This document shows positions 19,112 through 29,367 of a stretch of DNA of 64,000 nt, piece by piece. This DNA comes from Cyanobacteriota bacterium (lineage in GTDB: Bacteria; Cyanobacteriota; Cyanobacteriia; PCC-6307; Cyanobiaceae): positions 32,001 to 96,000 of the forward strand of contig JBJOMY010000005.1 in the NCBI GenBank assembly GCA_046052125.1, given 5' to 3'. Position 1 is the stretch's first letter. Every line of letters starts with the position of its first letter. The notes below the pieces were generated by a model. That model ran no database searches. It was given only the letters and a program-made list of their open reading frames with translations, and was not told the origin of the DNA. The translations under genes were made by a program, and so were the position numbers.

Positions 19112-20215
19112 GTGAGCGCGAGCCGCCCCAACCGCTCCAGCAGTGCCCCGGGCTGGGGGGCACCGCTGCGGCTGGTGCTGCGGCTGGCGGTGATGGGCAT
19201 CGGCCTCGGCGTGATCACCGGCACCGGCCTGAAACTGCTTGCCCCGCAGCTGGCGGGAGGCACCAAGGGTTCAGCGAACAAACAAAGCCCGGCGCTGATC
19301 CCCTCAGCCCAGCCCCTGCCGCGGGGACTGGCTCTGGGGCGCTTCGAGCCCAAAACCGAGCTCACCACCGTGAGCCAGAAGTGGGCCCAGCTAGCGGCCC
19401 GCCACAAGGATCTGCAGGCCAGCGGCTACCTGCTGGTGCTCGACGACGGCCGCTACGCCCAGCTCCAACCGGACAAACCCCTGCCGGCCGCCAGCTCAAT
19501 CAAAACGCCGATCCTTTTGGCCGGCCTTGAGGATCTCGATGCCGGCAAGTTGCGCTGGAACGAGCCGCTTGCGCTCACGAAAGAGGTGATCGGTGGCGGA
19601 GCCGGCTGGATGGCCAGCAAGCCCGTGGGCACCCGCTTTCCCTTTTGGGAGGCGGCCACCGAGATGATCCGGGTGAGCGACAACAGCGCGACCAACCTGT
19701 TGATCAAGCGGCTCGGGGGCAAAACCGCCCTCAACGCCCGCTTCCAGGCCATGGGCCTCAGCGCCACGGTGGTGAATAACTGGTTGCCCGATCTCGATGG
19801 CACCAACACCACCAGCTCCCTGGATCTGGCACGCGCCATCGCCCTGGTGGACACCGGCGAAATGCTCAGCCCCCGCGCCCGCGACCTGTTCCGCGAGGTC
19901 ATGGGCACCTCCCGCACCAACACCCTGCTGCCCCTGGGCCTGCTGATGGGCCTCGGCGGCGATTCCGCCACCCCCGACAGCGACCTGCTGGCCCATGGGG
20001 TCACCGTGCTCAACAAAACCGGCGACATCGGCATCGCCTACGCCGATGGCGGACTGATCGAGCTGCCCAACGGGCAACGGGCCGTGGCCGCGTTCATGGT
20101 CAAAGGCCCCTTCAACGACCAACGCTCCACCGATCTGATCCGTGCCATGGCCGCTGAAGTGGCCCGTGCGCTGATTGGCAAGCCGGGCGGAGCTGGCCCC
20201 GCTGCAACCCGATGA
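19112..20215 (+). CDS. class A beta-lactamase-like serine hydrolase (PBP-A type)
   Basis: SSIK, SDN and KTG motifs, N-terminal TM; GTG start inferred. Confidence 0.85.
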   Translation: MSASRPNRSSSAPGWGAPLRLVLRLAVMGIGLGVITGTGLKLLAPQLAGGTKGSANKQSPALIPSAQPLPRGLALGRFEPKTELTTVSQKWAQLAARHKDLQASGYLLVLDDGRYAQLQPDKPLPAASSIKTPILLAGLEDLDAGKLRWNEPLALTKEVIGGGAGWMASKPVGTRFPFWEAATEMIRVSDNSATNLLIKRLGGKTALNARFQAMGLSATVVNNWLPDLDGTNTTSSLDLARAIALVDTGEMLSPRARDLFREVMGTSRTNTLLPLGLLMGLGGDSATPDSDLLAHGVTVLNKTGDIGIAYADGGLIELPNGQRAVAAFMVKGPFNDQRSTDLIRAMAAEVARALIGKPGGAGPAATR

Positions 20216-21582
20216 TGCTGCCCCTGCTGCTTGCGGCTACCCCAGCTCCAGCCACGCCGCCCGCGCCGGCGCCGATCCTGCGCCCCCAGACCGTGGCACC
20301 ACTGCCTGGCGGCTTGGATGCGGGGCTGGTGGTGAATGACAACAACCCCGAACTGATCACAGGCCCCGGGATCCTGCTCTCCACCTTCCCCGGCGCCAAG
20401 CGGCCGGTGCCGCAGGCCCACCTCGATGTGGCGCTCAACGGCCGCTTCGACCTGTTCAGCCACCACGTGTATGCCGGCAAGCCCGACAGCCTCGATTCCA
20501 CCCTCTGGCTGGCGGTGGTGGCGCAACCCCGCGGCAACCAACCGGTGACGCTGCAGCTGCTGGCGGGATCCACAGCGCTCTCCCAGGCTGTCGACAAGCT
20601 GCAACCCCAGGCCCCTTTCCTGCCCCTGCCAGCCTTAATGCCCCAGGACGGGCAGACCTACAGCGGCCCCGGCAGTCGCGTGGCCACCGAGCTGCTGAAC
20701 CGTGAGCGCAGCACGCTGTTGCCCGAACGCTGGACTCTCACTCCCGGCGAGCCCACCACCTTGATGGTGCTGCCCCTGCCGGTGCGGGGACTCGACCCTC
20801 TGCTCAATGGGCGCAACCTGCAACTGCGGCTGCAGAGCAGCGCTCCGGTGAGTCTGGCCACCCTGGCGGCCTTCGGCGATGGCGATCAGCCGCCAGCGGC
20901 CAGTCGCTGGGCGGCGCTGCTCGATGGAGCCCTGAGCCCGAAAGAGCACCAACCCACCCCCCGCGGCGCCAGCGGCCGCATGGTGTATTCCCGCGTCAGC
21001 GGCGTGCAGATCGGCAGCGTCTGGAACGCCACGATCACCGATCCGGGCAAGCCCTACCTAGCCACCAGCCGCGCCCCGATCTCCTGGCCGATTGCCTCCC
21101 TGGAGCGCGGCAGCCTCGGCACCGCTCAGGTGCAAACGGCTGAGCTCAAAGCCTTCTACCCCGGCACCGCCTGGGCCGCCCACGGCAACTACGGCGTGGA
21201 ATACAACCTGGCGATCCCGCTGCGCAACACCAGCAGCAAGCCGGTGCAATTGGAGCTGGCCTTCGAATCACCGCTGAAGAGCGATCAGGCCCAAGGCGGC
21301 CTGCGCTTCAATCCCGAGCCCGGCAAATCGGTGATGTTCCGCGGCACGGTGGAGGCCAGCGGGCTTGATGGTGAGAACGGCGCAAGCGCCGGCCGCCGCA
21401 GTTTCCACCTCGTGCAGCGGGTGGGGCAGCAGGGTCCGGCGCTGGGCACCGTGAGCCTGGCGCCCGGCGCGAGCCGCAATCTGCGGGTGCGGCTGATCTA
21501 CCCGGCCGATGCCACACCGCCGCAGGTGCTCAGCCTGCTGCCTGTGAAACAATCCCCCGAACAGACCGCTTCCCCTCACTGA
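20212..21582 (+). CDS. DUF3370 family exported protein
   Basis: NDNNPELI..PGILLSTF, AHGNYGVEY, YPADATPPQVL. Confidence 0.8.
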   Translation: MMLPLLLAATPAPATPPAPAPILRPQTVAPLPGGLDAGLVVNDNNPELITGPGILLSTFPGAKRPVPQAHLDVALNGRFDLFSHHVYAGKPDSLDSTLWLAVVAQPRGNQPVTLQLLAGSTALSQAVDKLQPQAPFLPLPALMPQDGQTYSGPGSRVATELLNRERSTLLPERWTLTPGEPTTLMVLPLPVRGLDPLLNGRNLQLRLQSSAPVSLATLAAFGDGDQPPAASRWAALLDGALSPKEHQPTPRGASGRMVYSRVSGVQIGSVWNATITDPGKPYLATSRAPISWPIASLERGSLGTAQVQTAELKAFYPGTAWAAHGNYGVEYNLAIPLRNTSSKPVQLELAFESPLKSDQAQGGLRFNPEPGKSVMFRGTVEASGLDGENGASAGRRSFHLVQRVGQQGPALGTVSLAPGASRNLRVRLIYPADATPPQVLSLLPVKQSPEQTASPH

Positions 21583-22667
21583 TGCAAGCCCGCAAGCGCA
21601 GGGTCTTTCCCTTCACCGCCATCGTGGGCCAGGAGGAGATGAAGCTCGCCCTGCTGCTGAACGTGATCGATCCCCGCATCGGCGGCGTGATGATCATGGG
21701 CGACCGCGGCACCGGCAAGAGCACCACGATCCGCGCCCTGGCCGATCTGTTGCCGGAGATCGATGTGGTGGCAGGCGACCCCTACAACAGCTCCCCCAGC
21801 GACCCCGACCTGCAGAGCAGCGAAGTGCGTCAGCGGGCTGAGCACGGCGAACAGCTGCCGATCGAGCAGCGCCAGGTGCCGATGGTGGACCTGCCTCTGG
21901 GCGCCACCGAAGACCGTCTCTGCGGCACCATCGACATTGAGAAGGCCCTGAGCGAGGGTGTTCGGGCGTTTGAGCCTGGCCTGCTGGCCAAAGCCAACCG
22001 CGGCCTGCTCTACGTGGATGAGGTGAACCTCCTCGACGACCACCTGGTGGACGTGCTGCTGGATTCGGCCGCCTCCGGCTGGAACACCGTGGAGCGTGAA
22101 GGCGTGAGCGTGCGCCACCCGGCGCGCTTCGTGCTGATCGGCTCCGGCAACCCGGAAGAAGGTGAGCTGCGCCCGCAGCTGCTCGATCGCTTCGGCATGA
22201 GCGTGGAAGTGCGCACCGTGCGCGATCCCGAGCTGCGCGTGCAGGTGGTGGATCAGCGCACCGCCTTCGACAACGATCCCGACGGCTTCAACAACGCCGT
22301 GCAAACCACCCAGGACGGGCTTCAGGCACGGGTGGTGGAAGCCCAGAACCGCCTGCCCCATGTGCAGATCGACGACGACCTGCGCATCCGCATCTCCGCC
22401 ATCTGCGGTGAGCTGGATGTGGACGGCCTCCGCGGCGACATCGTGACCAACCGCGCTGCCCGCGCCCTGGCCGCCTTCGAAGGCCGCACCGAGGTGACCG
22501 AAGACGACGTGGCCCGCGTGGCCGCCTGCTGCCTGCGCCACCGCCTCCGCAAGGACCCCCTCGAGCAGATCGATTCGGGCGACAGGGTGGTGAAGGTGTT
22601 CTGCAAGGTGTTCGAGCGCCCCGAATCCGCCGATCGCGGCGCCTTCGAACTCGCCCTGGCGGCCTGA
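21582..22667 (+). CDS. chlI: magnesium chelatase subunit I
   Basis: FPFTAIVGQEEMK, GDRGTGKST, GNPEEGELRPQLLDRFG. Confidence 0.97.
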   Translation: MQARKRRVFPFTAIVGQEEMKLALLLNVIDPRIGGVMIMGDRGTGKSTTIRALADLLPEIDVVAGDPYNSSPSDPDLQSSEVRQRAEHGEQLPIEQRQVPMVDLPLGATEDRLCGTIDIEKALSEGVRAFEPGLLAKANRGLLYVDEVNLLDDHLVDVLLDSAASGWNTVEREGVSVRHPARFVLIGSGNPEEGELRPQLLDRFGMSVEVRTVRDPELRVQVVDQRTAFDNDPDGFNNAVQTTQDGLQARVVEAQNRLPHVQIDDDLRIRISAICGELDVDGLRGDIVTNRAARALAAFEGRTEVTEDDVARVAACCLRHRLRKDPLEQIDSGDRVVKVFCKVFERPESADRGAFELALAA

Positions 22668-22685
22668 CCTGGAGGCCGAGGCCCG

Positions 22686-23162
22686 ATGGTGATCCTCGGC
22701 CTCGACCCCGGCCTGGCCCGGGTGGGCTATGGCCTGATCGCAGTGGACGGCAAGCCCGGACGCGGCAGCCAGCAACTGCTGGATTGCGGCATCATCCGCA
22801 CCGACCCCGGCCGTAGCGAGGGAGAGCGGATGGTGGAGATCGCCCGCGACCTGCGCCAGCTAATCCGCGCCTGGAAACCAGAGCTGGCGGTGGTGGAGAA
22901 GTTTTTCTTCTACCGCTCCAGCACCACCATCTCCGTGGTGCAAGCCCGCGGCGTGCTGATGATGACCCTGGCGCGCTTCCAGATCCCGGTGGTGGAGTTC
23001 CCGCCGATGCAGATCAAGCTGGCCCTTGCCGGCCACGGCCACGCCGAGAAGGACGACGTGCTGGCAGCGGTGATGCGTGAGCTCAACCTCGACACGCCGC
23101 CCCGTCCGGACGACGCCGCCGACGCCCTGGCTGCCGCCCTCACCGGCTGGTTCCAGCGGTGA
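22686..23162 (+). CDS. ruvC: Holliday junction resolvase
   Basis: [26 protein letters not shown]. Confidence 0.95.
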   Translation: MVILGLDPGLARVGYGLIAVDGKPGRGSQQLLDCGIIRTDPGRSEGERMVEIARDLRQLIRAWKPELAVVEKFFFYRSSTTISVVQARGVLMMTLARFQIPVVEFPPMQIKLALAGHGHAEKDDVLAAVMRELNLDTPPRPDDAADALAAALTGWFQR

Positions 23163-23716
23163 CCAGCAAGGCTGAGTTACGCCAGCAGTTCCGCAGCCTG
23201 CGCCGTCGCTTGCTACCCGCGGCTGAAGCGGAGCTGCAACGCCAGGCCAACGCGGTGCCATCACTACTGGGGGCTGAGCAGCGCCTCGGGCTCTACTGGC
23301 CCCTCAAAGGTGAGGCCGACCTGCGCGGCCTGGCGGATCAGCCCGGCCTCCATCAGCGCCTTGCCCTGCCGCGGGTGGAGGCCGGTGCCCTCACCTACCG
23401 GAGCTGGCAGCCAGGCGATGCGCTTAGCCCAGACGACACCGGGATCCAGGCCCCCGCCATAGGAGCAGCCCTGCAGCCTCAGGAGCTTGGCCTGCTGCTG
23501 GCCCCGGCCTTGGCCTTCGATGCCAGCGGCATTCGCCTGGGCTACGGCGGCGGCTGGTTTGATCGGCTGCGCAGCGATCCCTCCTGGCGAAACGTGCTCG
23601 CTTTGGCGGTGTTGCCGGCGGGGTGCCTTGTGCCCGCCTTACCCAGCGACCGGTGGGATGTGCCTTTCAACGGCTGGTTGGATGAACAGGGCCTGCATTG
23701 GTTGCAAGCTGTTTAA
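23159..23716 (+). CDS. 5-formyltetrahydrofolate cyclo-ligase
   Basis: KAELR start, PALAFD...[15 protein letters not shown]. Confidence 0.9.
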   Translation: MTSKAELRQQFRSLRRRLLPAAEAELQRQANAVPSLLGAEQRLGLYWPLKGEADLRGLADQPGLHQRLALPRVEAGALTYRSWQPGDALSPDDTGIQAPAIGAALQPQELGLLLAPALAFDASGIRLGYGGGWFDRLRSDPSWRNVLALAVLPAGCLVPALPSDRWDVPFNGWLDEQGLHWLQAV

Positions 23717-23783
23717 ACCTGTTCGCCGCCATCGCGGCGCTTCGCAGGCTTTGGCAGGATCACTGCAGGCAAAGACCTCTTCT

Positions 23784-24041
23784 GTGGATCTCCAGGCCAA
23801 CGACGCGTTCCAATCGGCCATCAACGCGAGCCGCAAAGCCACTGACCCGGCCATGGGAGATGGAGCACGCCGCGGCCCCAGCATCCGCATCAACCGGGGC
23901 ACGGCAGCCGAGCAGGTCCTGGCTGCAGAGCTCAACGGCCGCCAGGACAGCGGCGACGCGCTCTCGATGATGGTGAGCTCGATGGTGCACATGGTGCAGG
24001 CCGGCAAAACCCGAAGCACCAGCAGCCGCTGGTCGGCCTGA
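23784..24041 (+). CDS. small hypothetical protein
   Basis: Host-like codon usage, fills the gap between neighbours; start GTG 23784 or ATG 23853. Confidence 0.5.
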   Translation: MDLQANDAFQSAINASRKATDPAMGDGARRGPSIRINRGTAAEQVLAAELNGRQDSGDALSMMVSSMVHMVQAGKTRSTSSRWSA

Positions 24042-24089
24042 GCCAGCCGCGCTTAGCTGATCACCGTCTCCGATCGCCAGCCACCCGCG

Positions 24090-24548
24090 ATGGCCCTGCC
24101 GTTGTCCAACTCCCTTCGCGCCCTGGCGCTGGCGATCCTGCTGAGCCCCGCAGCAGCCCAAGCTCATGGCATTGAAAGCAGCCTCACCCGCCTGCAGAGC
24201 CTGAGCGACGGCCTGATGCTGCAGAGCCAGTTCTCCAACGGCCTCCCCACCAGCGATGCCGTTGTGCGTCTGGTGGCACCCGATGGCCAAGCGGTGGAGT
24301 TGGGCCGGACCAACGCCGAGGGGCAGTTGAGCTTTGCGCTCCCCAAACAAGCCAATGGCGATTGGGAGCTGCAGGTGGATGGAGGTCCCGGACACCGCGA
24401 CTATCTGGAGATGCCGGTGCAGCAGGGCCAGGCCCAGCTGGATCGCATCAGCCAAGGCCCGCTGCAGCACAACCCGCTCGCCTGGCTCAGCGCCCTTGGA
24501 GCAACTGCCATGCTGCTGGGACTCCAGCGCATTCGGCGTCACCGTTGA
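24090..24548 (+). CDS. exported/membrane-anchored protein, CbiL/nickel-transport accessory-like
   Basis: Signal peptide ending AQA-HG, GRTNAEG..F, GGPGH, C-terminal TM. Confidence 0.55.
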   Translation: MALPLSNSLRALALAILLSPAAAQAHGIESSLTRLQSLSDGLMLQSQFSNGLPTSDAVVRLVAPDGQAVELGRTNAEGQLSFALPKQANGDWELQVDGGPGHRDYLEMPVQQGQAQLDRISQGPLQHNPLAWLSALGATAMLLGLQRIRRHR

Positions 24549-24964
24549 TGGCCACCGGCAGCGAGAAGCTCGATCAGATCGTTGAACGCCTCAAAGGCAC
24601 CGCCGATCCCAAGCGGCGTTACGAATACGTGCTCTGGCTGGCCAAGAAGCTGCAGCCCCTGCCAGAGGAATTCCGCAACGACGCCTTCAAGGTGAAGGGC
24701 TGCGTGTCGCAGGTGTACGTGGTGGGGCAGCTGATGGAGGGAAAGCTGCACTGGCAAGGCGATTCCGATGCAGCGATCACGAAGGGATTGCTGGCCCTGC
24801 TGATCGAGGGGTTGGAAGGGCTCGAGCCCGCAGCGGCGGCGGCGATCGACCCGGCGTTTCTGAGTGAAACAGGCCTCCAGGCCAGCCTCACCCCCTCGCG
24901 GGCCAATGGCTTTTTGAACATCCTCAAGCAGATGCAGGCGCAGGCGCAGGCTCTGGCCGGCTAG
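24548..24964 (+). CDS. sufE: SufE family Fe-S assembly protein
   Basis: KVKGCVSQV, GDSDAAITKG, LTPSRANG. Confidence 0.92.
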   Translation: MATGSEKLDQIVERLKGTADPKRRYEYVLWLAKKLQPLPEEFRNDAFKVKGCVSQVYVVGQLMEGKLHWQGDSDAAITKGLLALLIEGLEGLEPAAAAAIDPAFLSETGLQASLTPSRANGFLNILKQMQAQAQALAG

Positions 24965-25026
24965 TCACTGCAGCGGCCAAGCGCGCCATCAATTTCTAGG
25001 ATCTGCCCTTTCGCGCACAGGGCGGC

Positions 25027-26337
25027 ATGACCATCGGCATCGGCTTGCTCGGGCTTGGCACGGTGGGAGCAGGCGTTGCCGAGATCCTGCTCAACCCCCA
25101 GGGCCGCCATCCGCTCGTGGGGCAACTCAACCTCAAGCGTGTGGCCGTGCGCGATCTCAGCCGGCCAAGACCGGTGGATCTGCCGGCTGAGATCCTCTGC
25201 ACCGACCCCATGGCGGTGGTTCACGACCCGGCCGTGGACATCGTGGTGGAGGTGATGGGCGGCCTGGAGCCGGCCCGCAGCCTGATCCTCGCGGCCATCG
25301 CCGCAGGCAAGCCAGTGGTGACAGCCAACAAGGCGGTGATTGCCCGCTACGGCGAGGAGATCGCCACGGCCGCCGCAGAACAGGGCGTGTATGTGCTGAT
25401 CGAAGCAGCCGTGGGCGGCGGCATCCCGATCATCGAACCGCTGAAGCAATCGCTGGGCGGCAATCGCATCCAGCGGGTGAGCGGCATCATCAACGGCACC
25501 ACCAACTACATCCTCAGCCGGATGGCGGATGAGGGCGCCGCCTACGGCGACGTGCTGGCCGATGCGCAGCGACTGGGCTATGCCGAGGCCGACCCGGCCG
25601 CCGATGTGGAAGGCGGTGATGCAGCCGACAAGATCGCAATCCTCTCCGGCCTGGCCTACGGCGGCTCCATCGAGCGCTCTGCCATTCCCACCGAGGGGAT
25701 CAACCGCCTGGACGCCTGCGATGTGAACTACGCAGCCCAGCTCGGCTACGTGGTGAAGCTGGTGGCCACCGCCCAGTGCCTCGGCACCGACACCGACGGC
25801 ACAGTGCAGCTGGATGTGCGCGTGAGCCCAACCCTGCTCCCCAAGGAGCATCCGCTGGCGGGCGTGCACGGCGTGAACAACGCCATTCTCGTGGAGGGCG
25901 ACCCGGTGGGCCGGGTGATGTTCTACGGCCCGGGCGCTGGCGCTGGACCCACAGCCTCGGCCGTGGTGGCCGACATCCTCAACATCGCCGGCATCCGGGA
26001 AGCCACGGGATCGGGTGGCGGCCTGGATCCGCTGCTGGCCGCCAGCCGCTGGCGCCCCTGCCGGCTGGTGGATCAGGGGCAAACCCTGAGCCGCAACTAC
26101 CTGCGCCTGCAAACCGGCGATCAAGCCGGCGTGATCGGCCGCATCGGCAGTTGCTTTGGGGATGCAGGCGTCTCGATCCGCTCGATCGTGCAGTTCGAAA
26201 CCAGCGGTGATTCCGCCGATGCAGAAATCGTGGTGATCACCCATGAGGTGCAGGAGGCCAACTTCCGCAGCGCCGTAGCCGCGATCACGGCCCTACCTGA
26301 TGTGAAGGCCGTGGCCGCCTGCCTGCGCACGCTCTGA
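25027..26337 (+). CDS. hom: homoserine dehydrogenase
   Basis: GLGTVG, VVTANK, EAAVGGGIP, NGTTNYIL, GPGAG, C-terminal ACT domain. Confidence 0.95.
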   Translation: MTIGIGLLGLGTVGAGVAEILLNPQGRHPLVGQLNLKRVAVRDLSRPRPVDLPAEILCTDPMAVVHDPAVDIVVEVMGGLEPARSLILAAIAAGKPVVTANKAVIARYGEEIATAAAEQGVYVLIEAAVGGGIPIIEPLKQSLGGNRIQRVSGIINGTTNYILSRMADEGAAYGDVLADAQRLGYAEADPAADVEGGDAADKIAILSGLAYGGSIERSAIPTEGINRLDACDVNYAAQLGYVVKLVATAQCLGTDTDGTVQLDVRVSPTLLPKEHPLAGVHGVNNAILVEGDPVGRVMFYGPGAGAGPTASAVVADILNIAGIREATGSGGGLDPLLAASRWRPCRLVDQGQTLSRNYLRLQTGDQAGVIGRIGSCFGDAGVSIRSIVQFETSGDSADAEIVVITHEVQEANFRSAVAAITALPDVKAVAACLRTL

Positions 26338-26547
26338 GCCGGCGCTGAGGCAGATTGGACACAAAGCGAGAACGAGCATCACAACCTGTCCGATCTGAAT
26401 CTGCTGACGCAGCGCTTGATTTGTAGCGAGAAGAACCTTTGATCCGGCCACAGCAGAGAACGCTGATACCGACTTCCTTTCCCTGGTTCCGTCTGCCGAA
26501 GTCCCCTTCATCCCTCACAACTCTTCGTTCTGTCTGAGCACCGAACC

Positions 26548-26751
26548 ATGTCTCTTCACCAGGGTGATTGCATCACCCTCACCAGCGACGAGAACCTGTA
26601 TCAGGTGATCGGCGTTGACGACCGCCACAACCGCTGCTGGGTGCGCCGCTGGCCCCTGGCCCGCCACGGTTCACCGGTGTTTGAAATTTCCCTGCAGCAA
26701 GTGGCCAGCCACAAGCACCATCACGCACCTCGCCTTGTGCATGGGGCTTGA
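26548..26751 (+). CDS. small hypothetical protein (SH3-like beta barrel)
   Basis: 67-aa ORF, YQVIGVDDRHNRCWVRRWP, host-like codon usage. Confidence 0.7.
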   Translation: MSLHQGDCITLTSDENLYQVIGVDDRHNRCWVRRWPLARHGSPVFEISLQQVASHKHHHAPRLVHGA

Positions 26752-26761
26752 ATAAGCGGGC

Positions 26762-28351
26762 TTGCCCGTTGCCTTGACCCTCCGCCGCCTCCTCGTTCCT
26801 TCAGCCCTGGCGGCGCTGGTGCCAGCTCTGGCACTGCTCACGGGCTGCCAGCCCCGTCATCCAGCCAGTGAGCTGGTGGTGGCCACCAACAGCACGGTGG
26901 CCTCGGTGGATCCGGTGGATGTCACCACCCTCGCGGGCATGCAGCTGCTGAGCGCGATCGGCGATCCCCTCTACGCCGCCGATGCCGAAGGCCAGCTGCA
27001 GCCGCGCCTCGCGACGGCGCTACCGAAGCTGAGTGCCAATGGCCTCACGGCGCGCATTCCTCTGCGGCGGGGCGTGCTGTTTCACGACGGCACCCGCTTC
27101 GACGCCAGGGCGATGGTGTTCAGTCTCGAGCGCTTCCGCGCCCTCGGGAAGATGGGCTATCTGCTCGACGACCGCATCGCGGCTGTGCGAGCGAGCGGCC
27201 CCTACGAATTGGAGCTGCAGCTGAAGCGGCCCTACAGCGCCCTGGCGGCTCTGCTCAGCTCGATCAACCTCACGCCGCTCTCGCCCAGGGCCTATCGCCA
27301 GCACCAGGGGCGTGCCCTGGCGGAGCGCTTCGTGGGCACAGGCCCCTACCGGCTGGCCAGCAAAACCCCCCAGAAGCAAACGCTGCTTCCCTTTCAGAAC
27401 TACTGGGGCCCAGCCCCACGCAACCAGGGCATCCACCTGGTGAGCCTCAGCAACTCCACGGCCCTGTTCGGAGCGCTGGTGAGTGGTGAGGTGGATGTGC
27501 TGGTGTCGCAAGGGATTGAGAGCGATCAGCAACGAGCCCTGGCCCAACGGGCCGGCCGCGGCCAACTGGTGGAAGCGATCGGCCCGGCGGTGGAAATCGG
27601 CTATCTCACGCTGCTCAGCAACCGGCCGCCGCTGGATCAACCGCTGCTGCGGCAGGCCATCGCCCTGAGCCTGAACCGCGCGCTGATCAGCGAACGGGTG
27701 AGTTACGGGATCCGGGCACCGCTGCGTTCGCTGGTGCCGCCGCCCCTGGCGGGTTCAGAGCCTCCTGCCTGGCCCAGCTACAACCCAACCCAGGCCCGGC
27801 AACTATTTCGCCAGGCGGGCTACTGCCAGGGGCGGCGCCTGAGCCTGCCCCTCACCTTCCGGTCCAACGTGCCCGCCGACAAGCTCTTCGCGCTCACATG
27901 GAAGGCCCAACTGGAACGGGATCTGGGGGATTGCCTGCAGCTGGAGATCAGCGGCATGGAATCCACCACCGCCTACCGGCAACTGGAGCAGGGCGCCTTC
28001 CCGATGATCCTGCTCGATTGGGTGGGCGACTATCCCGATCCCGACATCTATGTGGTGCCGATGCTGGGCTGCAGCTCTTCCCGGGGCAACCAGTGCCTGG
28101 AGGGCAACGCCGCCGCGGCCGGCAGCTTCTGGAGCAGCCCAGGGCTGGAGGCGCAGCTGCAGGCCAGCGAGCGATTGCAGGGGCGTGAACGCCAAACAGT
28201 GCTGCAAACGATCCAACGCCGCACGGCCGCCGGTGCCGCTTATATCCCGGTGTGGCAGGTGGCGCCGCGGGCCTGGGCCCAGGCGCGGCTGAACAAACCG
28301 GTGTTTGATGGCACGGGCCGACTTGTGCTGCAGGCCCTGAGCGTCCGATGA
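26762..28351 (+). CDS. peptide/nickel ABC transporter substrate-binding lipoprotein (family 5)
   Basis: Lipobox LTGC, FHDGT.FDA, GTGPY. Confidence 0.9.
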   Translation: MPVALTLRRLLVPSALAALVPALALLTGCQPRHPASELVVATNSTVASVDPVDVTTLAGMQLLSAIGDPLYAADAEGQLQPRLATALPKLSANGLTARIPLRRGVLFHDGTRFDARAMVFSLERFRALGKMGYLLDDRIAAVRASGPYELELQLKRPYSALAALLSSINLTPLSPRAYRQHQGRALAERFVGTGPYRLASKTPQKQTLLPFQNYWGPAPRNQGIHLVSLSNSTALFGALVSGEVDVLVSQGIESDQQRALAQRAGRGQLVEAIGPAVEIGYLTLLSNRPPLDQPLLRQAIALSLNRALISERVSYGIRAPLRSLVPPPLAGSEPPAWPSYNPTQARQLFRQAGYCQGRRLSLPLTFRSNVPADKLFALTWKAQLERDLGDCLQLEISGMESTTAYRQLEQGAFPMILLDWVGDYPDPDIYVVPMLGCSSSRGNQCLEGNAAAAGSFWSSPGLEAQLQASERLQGRERQTVLQTIQRRTAAGAAYIPVWQVAPRAWAQARLNKPVFDGTGRLVLQALSVR

Positions 28352-29367
28352 GCCGCCGCCGTCATCTGCTGCGCTACATCGCCAGCCGCCTGGCGCTGAT
28401 GCCGCTGATGCTATGGCTGATCGCCAGCCTGGTGTTCCTGCTGCTGCGGGCGGCACCTGGGGATCCGATCGATGCCCTGTTGGGGATCCGCGCCCCTGTT
28501 GAAGCCCGCGCCGCGCTGCGGCAGCAGCTGGGGCTGGATCAACCATTGCTGGTGCAATACGGCCGCTACCTGGCGGATCTGCTGCGGGGGGATCTGGGCA
28601 CGTCCCTCACCAACAACGAGGCCGTGACCAGCGTGATCCGCCACAGCCTGCCCGCCAGCCTGGAGCTGGGGGTGGTGGCCCTGCTGCTGGCGGCCGTGGT
28701 GGGCTTGGCGGTGGGATTCAGCGGCATCGCCCGCCCTGAGGGGAAGCTCGATCTCGGGGGGCGGCTCTACGGCATCGGCACCTACGCCCTGCCGCCCTTT
28801 TGGGCGGCGATGGTGATGCAACTGGTGTTTGCCGTGTGGCTGGGATGGCTGCCGGTGGGTGGCCGCTTCCCGGCCACGCTCGTGCCTCCTGAGGGCAGCG
28901 GTTTTTATTTGTTCGACAGCGCTCTAGCGGGCAACAGCCAGCAGTTCTGGGGTGCGCTGCGCCATTTGGTGTTGCCTGCCAGCACCCTGGGGCTGCTGCT
29001 CAGCGGCGTATTCGCCAATGCCCTGCGCCTGAACCTGCGCCGCGCCCTCGATTCGGATTACGTGGAAGCAGCCCGCAGCCGCGGCCTGAGCGAACGGCGG
29101 GTGGTGCTGCGCCATGCCCTGCCCAATGCCCTGCTGCCGGTGCTCACGATCACCGGCATCACCGTGGCCTCACTCATCGGCGGCGCCCTGCTGATCGAAG
29201 TCACCTACTCCTGGCCCGGGGTGGCCTTCCGGCTGCAGGAAGCGATCAGCCAGCGCGACTACCCGGTGGTGCAGGGCATCGTGGTGGTGGTGGCAGCCCT
29301 GGTGGTGGCCGTGAGCGTGGCGGTGGATCTGTTGGTGGCGCTGCTCGATCCGCGCGTCAGTTTCTGA
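28348..29367 (+). CDS. peptide/nickel ABC transporter permease (DppB-like)
   Basis: APGDP, DYVEAARSRGL, HALPNALLP, RDYPVVQG, LDPR. Confidence 0.92.
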   Translation: MSRRRHLLRYIASRLALMPLMLWLIASLVFLLLRAAPGDPIDALLGIRAPVEARAALRQQLGLDQPLLVQYGRYLADLLRGDLGTSLTNNEAVTSVIRHSLPASLELGVVALLLAAVVGLAVGFSGIARPEGKLDLGGRLYGIGTYALPPFWAAMVMQLVFAVWLGWLPVGGRFPATLVPPEGSGFYLFDSALAGNSQQFWGALRHLVLPASTLGLLLSGVFANALRLNLRRALDSDYVEAARSRGLSERRVVLRHALPNALLPVLTITGITVASLIGGALLIEVTYSWPGVAFRLQEAISQRDYPVVQGIVVVVAALVVAVSVAVDLLVALLDPRVSF

